The notes beneath the pieces are model-generated. The model was not told the DNA's origin, made no database searches, and worked only from the letters and a program-made list of their open reading frames with translations. From Candidatus Tethybacter castellensis (GTDB lineage: Bacteria; Pseudomonadota; Gammaproteobacteria; Tethybacterales; Tethybacteraceae), in contig JAZHEJ010000041.1 in NCBI GenBank assembly GCA_036679665.1, positions 1,860 to 65,859 on the forward strand: DNA of 64,000 nt, in the 5' to 3' direction. Each line of letters starts with the position of its first letter. Position 1 is the first letter of the stretch. The position numbers and the translations under genes are program-made. This document shows positions 43,412 to 52,346 of the stretch, one piece after another.

Positions 43412-45874
43412 ATGCCCAAATTGCCGATGTGGCTGGATTTTTTAGGCGGTGAGCCCAACGCCGATCCTTGGTATCACCCGCAGTTGCCTAGTTTCGGGTC
43501 GATCTTACCGTATCAGCATTACGATGCTGATTCCAAACTATACGGGTTGTTGACAGAAAGTGTCGGTTTTGCGCTAGAGTGCTTGCCGCAAATCGGAGTA
43601 TCCGAACAGATGGAGCGTAGTTTGCAAGAATTGGCAACCGCGATTCCAAACGGAGTGTGCATGCAGGTTTCGCTTTTTTCGGATCAACAAATTACCGGGT
43701 TGTTGACGCAGTACTGCAATCAGCGTCCTGGATCTGGGGGCTCGCGCGCCGAAGATGTATTTCGTCGCTTAGCCCGCCGCCGCTTTGAATATTTTGCCAA
43801 CATATCCGGCACGTTGCGGCCGGTCAACTATCGCATGCTAATTAGCGTCAGCCTACCTGGAACGATAGACGATCCGGCAGTGAAACAACAAGCAATCGGT
43901 TTGCGTAAATCGATAGCTTCGCTGCTAAGTAACTGCGCGATACCCAGCATAGCGCTCGAACCCGCCGGGTTATGCCAGATTATCAGCGGCCTGCTCAACC
44001 CGAGTCATCCGTCTCGTCGTCAGTTGGATTATGACCCTACCCGCATGATTGTCGAACAATGCTTGTTGCGCGACACCCAGATCGCCATGAACAAAAACTC
44101 GATCGCAATCAGCGGCGACGGCCAACCGCACGGCTTGGTCGCGCTGGTCGCCAACAATTATCCACCGACATTACGGTTAACTAGTATGCAAATGTTACTG
44201 GGCGATCCGATGCGTAGTCACTTGCGCTACCGGGGTCCATTTTTAATAACGTTATGCATGCAGGGAATTGACCAGAACGAGGCGCGCGCCTTAGTTGCAT
44301 TAAGAAATGCCCGGGCCATTACCAATGCGCGTTCAATGATGGCGCGTTTTATGCCGGGCTATTACCGCAGACAAATGGAAGACTGGGGCGCTTGCGCTGA
44401 AGTCCTCGACAGTGGCGGAGGATTGATATTGATGACTCATCTGCTGTTGATTAAACATAACCCAGGTGACGCCGAAGCGGCGGTTGAGAACGCCCGCGCC
44501 ATTTGGCGCGCATGCGGATTTACGCTGGCGCGCTGCGAATATCTACAAGCACAAGGTTTGCTGGCGGCATTGCCGCTGACATTGACCGCAGGTTTGGCGG
44601 GCGATTTGCGGACACTAGGTTGGCTCGGGCGTAAAACCACCCACAACGCAAGCCACGGCTTGCCGATTATCGCTGAATGGAAAGGAACCGCAAATCCGGC
44701 TTTATTGTTTGTCGGGCGGCGCGGGCAACTTATCGGGATGGATATTTACGATGCGAACGGAAACTACAACGTGGTGATCGCCGGGGCTTCAGGTAGCGGC
44801 AAGTCGGTGTTGCTCAATGAGATCGCCACCGCTGAACTTGGGCTCGGCGCCAAGGTGTGGGTACTTGACATCGGCAGGTCTTATCAACGCTCTAGCTCGT
44901 ATCTCAACGGTCAGTTTCTTCGCTTTGTGCCCAACGCGGGTATCAGTCTTAATCCGTTTTCGGCAGTTAGTGACATCAACGAGGACATGCGCTTACTTAA
45001 ACCGATGTTTGCGCAGATGATCGCCCCCCATGGACAACTTTCAGATTATCAACGCGCCCGACTTGAAGAAGCCCTCCTGGCCGCATGGGAACATAGCAAA
45101 AACGGAGCATCGCCGGATGTTGTACAAGCTGAACTTGTACGTTTGGGAGGCAGTGACAGCCGGGTATCGGACATGGCGGCGATGTTACGTCCTTTTACTT
45201 CTGCGGGAGTTCATGGAGTTTGGTTTCGCGGTGAAGCGACCGTGGATTTCAATGCTGATTATGTGGTGATCGAGCTTGAAGAGCTCAAAGGTAATCTTGA
45301 GCTGCAACTGGTGGTTCTGTTACAGATACTGTTTTTAATCAATCAGCAGATCTATGCAATTCACGAGCGACGCAAGTTGGTGGTGATTGACGAGGCTTGG
45401 GATTTGATGCGGGGCGAACATATCGGTGAATTTATCGAACACGGCTATCGCCGCGCGCGTAAATACAACAGCGCTTTTTTATCCGCTTCGCAAAGCATTG
45501 CCGATTTTTTCGCGGTGCCGGCCGGTCAAGCCGCGGTTGCCAATTCGGATTGGCTAATGTTGTTGGCGCAGAAAAACGAAGAGTTAACCAGACTTGTGGA
45601 CAACAGGCAGCTGCAACTTTCCGCTGAGGAACTGGCCATGGTCAAGTCCTTGCATACGCACCCGGGAGAATATTCGGAAGTGTTTATTCGCGCCGAAGGC
45701 AACACCAGCTGCATTGGCCGGCTGGCAATTGATCCATTTAGTCAGATGCTGTATTCGTCGCGCGCCGCGGATCGAATCGCTGTGGAACGTTATCAAGCCG
45801 GCGGGCATGATCTGGTGACAAGTATCGAAGCGGTGCTTAACGACCGCGCCAACCGAAATGTCGCGTCGACTTAA
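43412..45874 (+). CDS. traC: T4SS ATPase TraC (VirB4 family)
   Basis: It is 820 aa with a Walker A motif (GASGSGKS) and a Walker B motif (LVVIDEAW). Confidence 0.9.
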   Translation: MPKLPMWLDFLGGEPNADPWYHPQLPSFGSILPYQHYDADSKLYGLLTESVGFALECLPQIGVSEQMERSLQELATAIPNGVCMQVSLFSDQQITGLLTQYCNQRPGSGGSRAEDVFRRLARRRFEYFANISGTLRPVNYRMLISVSLPGTIDDPAVKQQAIGLRKSIASLLSNCAIPSIALEPAGLCQIISGLLNPSHPSRRQLDYDPTRMIVEQCLLRDTQIAMNKNSIAISGDGQPHGLVALVANNYPPTLRLTSMQMLLGDPMRSHLRYRGPFLITLCMQGIDQNEARALVALRNARAITNARSMMARFMPGYYRRQMEDWGACAEVLDSGGGLILMTHLLLIKHNPGDAEAAVENARAIWRACGFTLARCEYLQAQGLLAALPLTLTAGLAGDLRTLGWLGRKTTHNASHGLPIIAEWKGTANPALLFVGRRGQLIGMDIYDANGNYNVVIAGASGSGKSVLLNEIATAELGLGAKVWVLDIGRSYQRSSSYLNGQFLRFVPNAGISLNPFSAVSDINEDMRLLKPMFAQMIAPHGQLSDYQRARLEEALLAAWEHSKNGASPDVVQAELVRLGGSDSRVSDMAAMLRPFTSAGVHGVWFRGEATVDFNADYVVIELEELKGNLELQLVVLLQILFLINQQIYAIHERRKLVVIDEAWDLMRGEHIGEFIEHGYRRARKYNSAFLSASQSIADFFAVPAGQAAVANSDWLMLLAQKNEELTRLVDNRQLQLSAEELAMVKSLHTHPGEYSEVFIRAEGNTSCIGRLAIDPFSQMLYSSRAADRIAVERYQAGGHDLVTSIEAVLNDRANRNVAST

Positions 45875-46481
45875 TATACTGTTACCGGTCTGCGCGCTGT
45901 TAGTGATGGGTGCGGGCCCAACCACACCGCAAGGCGCGCTCGGACCTTTGTATCCGATTGCGGAAACAAATTTACTTGCCCATATCAAGCTCAACGCCGC
46001 GGCCGCAAGCGAAAACGGTAGCTGGGAACGAAAAAAAATTGAAGCTCAAAAAGCCGCGGCGGCGTGGGTTGACAATCCACCGCAGGTTGACGGGTTGCGC
46101 AACGCGACGCGTTCAAAGGTGCGCATGTTCGATCCGAGTATCAAGCTTCAAGATCCGGTGATTGACGCGCAAGGCAATGTACTTCATTTGCCCGGCACCA
46201 AGGTCAATCCATTGCAAAAAGTTTCGTTGCGCGGCCGCTTGGTATTTATTGACATTCGTGAACCTGCCCAGGCGGCATATGCGGCTCGCTTGCTCAGTGA
46301 ACCGATACAAACTCGCGTTGTCGCAGTCGCCGGGTCGCCAAGCAAATTTGCCAAACAGTATAAAAAGCGGATTTACTTTGATCAGTACGGAGCTTTAAGT
46401 CGACGTTTTGAAATCGTTGAAATACCTGCGATAGTTACCCAAAGTGGGATGGCGTTGCAAATCACAACGGTCGCGTTGTGA
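45858..46481 (+). CDS. traW: T4SS protein TraW
   Basis: It has a signal peptide, is 207 aa, and has a conserved C-terminal YFDQ...PA.V motif region. Confidence 0.65.
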   Translation: MSRRLNILLPVCALLVMGAGPTTPQGALGPLYPIAETNLLAHIKLNAAAASENGSWERKKIEAQKAAAAWVDNPPQVDGLRNATRSKVRMFDPSIKLQDPVIDAQGNVLHLPGTKVNPLQKVSLRGRLVFIDIREPAQAAYAARLLSEPIQTRVVAVAGSPSKFAKQYKKRIYFDQYGALSRRFEIVEIPAIVTQSGMALQITTVAL

Positions 46482-47488
46482 TGATAAGGTTGTTGACGGT
46501 TTTAGCAATTGCACTATTAGTATCCGCGCAGTCCCGGGGTGCTTGCGAGGGCCGCTTTCCTGATCCGGTCGCTGATGTTTGTTGGAGTTGCATGTTTCCG
46601 CTTCGCATCAGCGGGGTTGTAGTATATGAAGGCGGCCAGCTAGATCGACATGCTAGTAATCGCCGCATCTGCACGTGCGGTTGGCCGCCCACATTGCATG
46701 TGCCGGTTGAATTTTGGGAGCCGGTGCGTTTGGTTGAAGTTACCCGCACACCTTTTTGCTTGCCAATTCTTGACGGATTGCAACTTACTCCGGGTATCGA
46801 CGCCCGCGAGCCGGGTTCGCGTACCGGCAGCGCAGGACACGACGGCACCGTGGCATTCGCGTTTTATCAAGTACATTGGTATATCAACCCGATTTTGCAC
46901 TGGTTGGGGGTGTTGCTTGATTTTGACTGTATTGAGCGGGCCGGTCTAGATTTAGCTTATGTCAGCGAATTGGATCCGACCTGGGAAGACGATGAACTCG
47001 CCGCGCTGATATCGCCGGAAGTATTGCTTACAGGCAGCCTTCAAGGCTTAGCGGCTTGTGCGGCTGATTGCGTAGCCACCACCGCTAGCGGATGGTCGCA
47101 GAATGAATTATGGTGGTGCGCCGGTTGCGTCGGTGAATTATTTCCGTTATCGGGTAACGTGGCTGGCCATATCTCTGGCCGGCAAAGTTCCGCTTTACTC
47201 GCTAGCAGATTGGCAATGCGCATGCATCGACTGGGAGCAACCGTATATACCCATGGCAACAGAGCGCGGTGTCAGGCGGGCTGGCGTGATTTGAAATTGC
47301 ATAAAGACGCCTACAAAATGTCGATGATTTTGCCGCAGGCTCAGTCGCGTCGCAACGGGCGATGTTGCGAGCCGCTAGGCACGTCGCCGGAACTATGGGC
47401 ATCCGGTAGCGAGTGGCCGGTGACCGGTGAAGATTTTGCTTATGTGCTGTTTCGCAAGCGTAGTTGCTGTGTTGGTATCACTCGCTAA
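46478..47488 (+). CDS. traU: T4SS protein TraU
   Basis: It has the signature CEGRFPDPVADVCWSCMFP and is 336 aa. Confidence 0.8.
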   Translation: MMIRLLTVLAIALLVSAQSRGACEGRFPDPVADVCWSCMFPLRISGVVVYEGGQLDRHASNRRICTCGWPPTLHVPVEFWEPVRLVEVTRTPFCLPILDGLQLTPGIDAREPGSRTGSAGHDGTVAFAFYQVHWYINPILHWLGVLLDFDCIERAGLDLAYVSELDPTWEDDELAALISPEVLLTGSLQGLAACAADCVATTASGWSQNELWWCAGCVGELFPLSGNVAGHISGRQSSALLASRLAMRMHRLGATVYTHGNRARCQAGWRDLKLHKDAYKMSMILPQAQSRRNGRCCEPLGTSPELWASGSEWPVTGEDFAYVLFRKRSCCVGITR

Positions 47489-47978
47489 ACCAGCTGTTCA
47501 GGCTACTGCTGTCGCAATGTTGCTAACCTTCCAAATAGTTGCGGCCGGTGAATTGGATTTGAATGAGCTAATCAGACAACATGCTCAGGCTAGTCAGACG
47601 CAACCTTCAGAACAGGCTGCGGTACTAGTGTCGTTTAGCATTCCAACCGTTAGTCTGCGCGTGCTTGCCAGGCAAGCAGGAGAGCTAGGGATAAGGATGG
47701 TATTGCGCGGATTAGTCGACGATAGCGTAACCGTAACCGCTGCTCAAATTTTTGCGATTGATCCTGACCAGCTCGCAATTTGGGAAATAGATCCGCGCCT
47801 GTATGAACAATTTGATATCAATGCGGTACCGACGTTGGTCATATGGAATGCCGATGACAAACTTATCGCGCAAGGCGAAGTGTCGTTAGATTACGCACTA
47901 GATTTTTTAGAGCAGCAAAAAACACCGTTGGCCGCCTACGCCGCACAGTTGCGCTCACGCTTGGTGGATGCGCGATGA
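47427..47978 (+). CDS. trbC: T4SS protein TrbC (F-type)
   Basis: It has a VSFSIP...VLRG motif. The start is uncertain because the ORF overlaps the traU end. Confidence 0.6.
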   Translation: MKILLMCCFASVVAVLVSLAKPAVQATAVAMLLTFQIVAAGELDLNELIRQHAQASQTQPSEQAAVLVSFSIPTVSLRVLARQAGELGIRMVLRGLVDDSVTVTAAQIFAIDPDQLAIWEIDPRLYEQFDINAVPTLVIWNADDKLIAQGEVSLDYALDFLEQQKTPLAAYAAQLRSRLVDAR

Positions 47979-49870
47979 AAAATTATTTGGCGCACATAGC
48001 GTTATATTTGTTGGTGATTTTTCCACTTGCAACAAGTGCTGATCCGGCGACGCTAAATCACGCACAAGTCCAGCCGTTGTTGGATCGGCTATATGATCCT
48101 GACAGCACGCTGGTTACCGATTACAACTACCTAAATATCGCAAGCTTACTTCGAGCTCAGCAGCAGGCATGCGATGTAAATTCATCCTCGCAATGCGCGG
48201 CTTTAACCGCACGCTTGTTGGCGCGGCAAAATCGTTGGGCGGGCCAATTAGCGGTGCCGACATCTGCAACTCAGCAGAGCTTCGACCCTGATTTGCCGGC
48301 CGGCACCTGTGTTACGGTTACGGTTGCCGTTGAGCCGCAGCTCAAGATGTGTCGCGTTGATGCGCCGCTAGATTCAACCCAACTGGTCACCACTACAGGC
48401 CATGTTGCGCAGATCGGTTCGAACACCGAATATGTGCGCTTACTTGGAGGCGGTGACGCATATCAGGTCGCAACCGCCGGCATCGAAACGTTGTATGTGG
48501 TAACGCTTGAAATTCCCGATCGAGATTTGGTGACCGGTTTTGAGCTGGTGTTCGTCAATATCGATTCATTGGTGAGCATGAGTCTCAACGACGGACCGCT
48601 ACCGATTCAATTAAATAACGACCGCAGGTTGTGTGGCGAACAAATCGCCATTGTCTGTGCGCCGTTGACCGCCGCGACGTTAGACAGCTTACCTGGTTTT
48701 GACGTAACGCGCTATTTAAATCCCGGGCTTAATCATATCGGCATAACGGTGCGTTCAACGCCGCAGGCTAATAGCCAGATCGTGTTTAGGGTAAGAACAA
48801 ATCAGTCGGAGGTCATATCAAGTCGCGATGATGAACTTCCTTTTTGTAGTCAAGTGACGTCCGCCGGGTGCGAGTTGGCGCAAGAGCGTCAACCATGTGA
48901 TCCGGCAAGCGAAGATGATTGTGATCCAAGTGTACGGGTCTATCACTGTCTGGCGGATCAAAGCGATACGCACGTGCGTTGTGGTTTGCCTCAGACTTGC
49001 GCAGGTGCATCTTGCACGCCGCGGGTGGCCACGGACAACCTTGAAGATTTTGCTCCCGCTTTGGCTCGGCTTGAGATGGCGCGTCAGGCCGGGCATTATC
49101 TTGATAACTATAATCTGCGCATCTTCGCCGGTACCGAAGCACAGTGTCGGGACAAGGTGTTGTTCGGGCTGTCAGATTGTTGTCGCGCCGATGCAACCGG
49201 CAATAATTCCACCAATCGCCAAGCACTGGCTCAACTTGGCATTAGTTTGGCGGTGAGAGGAATAGAGTCGATAGGTAGCGAACACACCTTCGACTCGTTA
49301 TTTTTAAATAACAGATTGGCGAACAGCTTGCTAGGGTTAGGCAAGGGAGTACAAGGCATATCTTCGGCATTTGCGCCTTCGTTGTCTTACTATGGTCTGG
49401 AAGTCAGCATTTCAAACGGAGTGTTGTCGTTCGGTTTTGATCCGGCTTCGTTCGCGTTAGCCGTCTCGTTGGCGGTCCTGGCGAATTTACTCGAATGCGA
49501 CAATCAAGAACAATTGCTAGGCTTGCAGGTTGGTGCCGGGCTGTGCACCAAAGTTCGCGACTGGTGCAGTAGCAGAGGATTATTCGGATGTCGCGAAGAA
49601 CGCGAAGCTTACTGCTGTTACAACTCGCGCCTCGCCCGCTTGATCGCAGGCCAGGCCAATGTTCAGCTTAACCGGGCGATTGACGACTGTAGCGGTCTGA
49701 AAGTTGAGCAGCTAGGCGAGCTTGATTTTTCCGAAATTGATTTGGAGGAATTTGTTGCGGAGTTGGGAATTCCTGATGTTGACAGTGAATTGCTCAGGTT
49801 TCGTTCCGAAAATGCCGCAGAGTTAAAACGATCACGCCAACGCGGTACCCGGTGGGTGGAGCTTAAGTGA
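47975..49870 (+). CDS. traN: mating-pair stabilisation protein TraN (Cys-rich OM protein)
   Basis: It has a signal peptide, is 631 aa, and has many conserved Cys residues in its C-terminal half. Confidence 0.75.
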   Translation: MKNYLAHIALYLLVIFPLATSADPATLNHAQVQPLLDRLYDPDSTLVTDYNYLNIASLLRAQQQACDVNSSSQCAALTARLLARQNRWAGQLAVPTSATQQSFDPDLPAGTCVTVTVAVEPQLKMCRVDAPLDSTQLVTTTGHVAQIGSNTEYVRLLGGGDAYQVATAGIETLYVVTLEIPDRDLVTGFELVFVNIDSLVSMSLNDGPLPIQLNNDRRLCGEQIAIVCAPLTAATLDSLPGFDVTRYLNPGLNHIGITVRSTPQANSQIVFRVRTNQSEVISSRDDELPFCSQVTSAGCELAQERQPCDPASEDDCDPSVRVYHCLADQSDTHVRCGLPQTCAGASCTPRVATDNLEDFAPALARLEMARQAGHYLDNYNLRIFAGTEAQCRDKVLFGLSDCCRADATGNNSTNRQALAQLGISLAVRGIESIGSEHTFDSLFLNNRLANSLLGLGKGVQGISSAFAPSLSYYGLEVSISNGVLSFGFDPASFALAVSLAVLANLLECDNQEQLLGLQVGAGLCTKVRDWCSSRGLFGCREEREAYCCYNSRLARLIAGQANVQLNRAIDDCSGLKVEQLGELDFSEIDLEEFVAELGIPDVDSELLRFRSENAAELKRSRQRGTRWVELK

Positions 49871-50208
49871 AAAAACTAGGTTTGCTTTGTGTCGTGTTGT
49901 TGCCATTGATGGCTCAAGCAGCCACATTTGAAGATTTGCTTAAGTTGGCAAATTTAAATCAAGGTAGTTCGCAGGAACTACCGGTCGAAGGGCTGCTCGA
50001 AACTGAATTGCGCGAGCGAATAGGTGGCGGCAGGCTAGTGGGCAAAGCTAGATGGCTAAACAATTTAGAGGAGTTGGGTTGTGCTCGGTATGAGGTCCAA
50101 CTTGCAATTGCTATCGACACTAAACGTACTGAGCTTGCCACGGTGCGAATAAATTGGTGTCGCAACGGATTGCCGCCGGCTAGCCAGGCCGGATCCGTTG
50201 GGCCGTGA
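49867..50208 (+). CDS. small secreted hypothetical protein between traN and traF
   Basis: It has a signal peptide (MKKLGLLCVVLLPLMAQA) and is translationally coupled to both neighbours. Confidence 0.4.
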   Translation: MKKLGLLCVVLLPLMAQAATFEDLLKLANLNQGSSQELPVEGLLETELRERIGGGRLVGKARWLNNLEELGCARYEVQLAIAIDTKRTELATVRINWCRNGLPPASQAGSVGP

Positions 50209-50999
50209 TACCGCTACGCGCATTATTGTTCGGGTTGCTTGTGCCGATTGCGGCTATGGCAAAAACCGACACGTATTGGGATCAGCATAATAGCGGCTGG
50301 TTTTGGTACGCCACGCCGCCGATCGAGCCTGAGATTGCGCCGTTGCCGATACCGTTAGCTGATCAAAAGCCGTCGATTAGCGAAATTCCACCTGAAGTGG
50401 CGGCGCATGAAAAGTTGCAGCGCCAACTTGAAAACACCCGCTCGGTTGCGATCATGAATCCAACATTGCAAAACGTTACCGATTATTTGCTTGTCCAACA
50501 AGAAGTCATGCAGCGCTCAGCGCGTTTTGCGGATGTTTGGCAACGCGTGATCTGGACTACGCCGGAACTTGACTATAGCGTCACCAATCGTCCCACCAAC
50601 GCCGCGGCGCTTCATACTTGGAACCGCGAACTTGAAGCGCAGCGCACGGCGCTAGTTGCCGACGCGGCACAAACCCACGGGCTGTTTTTTGTGTTCGGTC
50701 CGGATTGTATTTATTGTGCGCAAATCGCGCAGACCTTGCGACGGGTTAGCGGGCAATTTGGATTTACCGTACAAGCGGTCGCAGTCGCTGGCGCCGTCAA
50801 CGAGGATTTTCCCGATGCGTGGCCTGATAACGGTTTTGTCGAAGCAGCGCAGATCAGCAGCCTGCCGGCAATCGTACTCGCTAGCTTAGCTCCCGGGCAC
50901 CAACAGCTGACCTTGCTTGCTTCAGGGCCGCTTGCGGACGATGAGCTGATTGAGCGTATCGCGGTGCTTACCGGTGTTCCGATCGGAGATAGATTTTGA
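50205..50999 (+). CDS. traF: T4SS protein TraF (thioredoxin-like, CxxC retained)
   Basis: It has a signal peptide and the thioredoxin-like motif GLFFVFGPDCIYCAQ. Confidence 0.7.
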   Translation: MIPLRALLFGLLVPIAAMAKTDTYWDQHNSGWFWYATPPIEPEIAPLPIPLADQKPSISEIPPEVAAHEKLQRQLENTRSVAIMNPTLQNVTDYLLVQQEVMQRSARFADVWQRVIWTTPELDYSVTNRPTNAAALHTWNRELEAQRTALVADAAQTHGLFFVFGPDCIYCAQIAQTLRRVSGQFGFTVQAVAVAGAVNEDFPDAWPDNGFVEAAQISSLPAIVLASLAPGHQQLTLLASGPLADDELIERIAVLTGVPIGDRF

Positions 51000-52345
51000 A
51001 AATTTGCGCTGTGATACTTTGGGCGCAACTGATTGCATCAAGTTTGATTATGTCGTCAAGCGAGGCGCAGATCGAGCAAAGTATGCGCAGCATGTTTAAC
51101 AATTTGGGCGCGTACGGGCAGGTCAACGGCCCTAGCTATATAGCTGCGCAAAGCAGACATGTGTTTTCCGGCGGCGGACTTACCTACCGTGCGCCGCGGC
51201 AAAATTATCAGTTGCTCAGCGCCACCGGGCCTAGTTTGCGTGCCGGATGCGGCGGTATCGATTTGTATGCCGGATCGTTTTCGTTTATCAACAAAGACCA
51301 GTTTGTGCAGATGCTAAACAATATTGCGGCCAACAGTGTCGGGCTGGCGTTCAAGACCGCGTTGTGTTCCACTTCCGCAAATTTGTGTCAGGCGATTGAA
51401 GATCTGCAGCGGACCGTCCAAAGTTTGAACCGGTTTAATATCGATTCGTGCGAATCCGCCAAGCAAATCGTCGGCGGTTTTATGGGTACTTCGGCGCAGG
51501 TGTCGCAAAGCGCCTGTCAGGCAACCAGTTGGGTATCCGGACTCGCCAGCGACGCCAGCGACGCGCGCGCTCAGTGCGCCGAACCTACGTCATTCGCGCA
51601 GATCCGCGCTAATGCCGCAACCGGCAGTGAAGCCAAACAGCAGCCCGTCGAGTTTGTCGGCGGCAACCTAACCTGGCAGATTCTCGCTTCGTCCGCGTCA
51701 GGTTTGAGTGTGACGGACCGCGAGTTTTTGCAATCGATGCTCGGCACGCACGTGGTAGCCACGGTGTCCCTTAGTTTGCAGCATTATCCGCCGACGATTA
51801 CCAGTGTGGCAGATCTGAATGAGCATGAAATCGTTTTGCTCAAATGCGGCAATACCGTCACCTGTTTAGATGTCCAGGCAACCAGGGTTACTTTGTCGAC
51901 TTCGTTCATTGAGCTAGCCCGCGATCGTCTTGCTGATATGCGCACGCGTTTGGCGAATGGAACCCAGCTGACAACTGAGCAGGCCAACCTTGTTGCCGGC
52001 GCGCCAATTCCGGTACTTGCTTTATTGCAAGCGGATCTGGCCGGAGCTGTCGGACTTGCCGATATCGCCGTCGAAGCAATCGCATATTCGGCGGCGCATC
52101 ATTTTCTGGCTACCACTTTACGCCAGGCGGCAAGCGGTGCTTCAGCTTGGCGTTCGCGCAGTGTCAACGAAGCTGACCTGGCCCGCGCACTGGTGGTTGA
52201 TTCGCGCACTGTGCGCAATGAACTGGCAAGAGAAATGCATGTTGCGGTATCCAGGGTTAATGAATTGCTTAATGTCAGTGCGCAAGTACGTGATTTACGT
52301 ACCAGGCTAGCCGGGGATATGCTCGGGTCGATTAGTCAGCCTTAG
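50996..52345 (+). CDS. traH: T4SS protein TraH
   Basis: It has the motif GCGGIDLYAGSFSFINKDQF and is 449 aa. Confidence 0.8.
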   Translation: MKICAVILWAQLIASSLIMSSSEAQIEQSMRSMFNNLGAYGQVNGPSYIAAQSRHVFSGGGLTYRAPRQNYQLLSATGPSLRAGCGGIDLYAGSFSFINKDQFVQMLNNIAANSVGLAFKTALCSTSANLCQAIEDLQRTVQSLNRFNIDSCESAKQIVGGFMGTSAQVSQSACQATSWVSGLASDASDARAQCAEPTSFAQIRANAATGSEAKQQPVEFVGGNLTWQILASSASGLSVTDREFLQSMLGTHVVATVSLSLQHYPPTITSVADLNEHEIVLLKCGNTVTCLDVQATRVTLSTSFIELARDRLADMRTRLANGTQLTTEQANLVAGAPIPVLALLQADLAGAVGLADIAVEAIAYSAAHHFLATTLRQAASGASAWRSRSVNEADLARALVVDSRTVRNELAREMHVAVSRVNELLNVSAQVRDLRTRLAGDMLGSISQP

Positions 52346-52346
52346 G

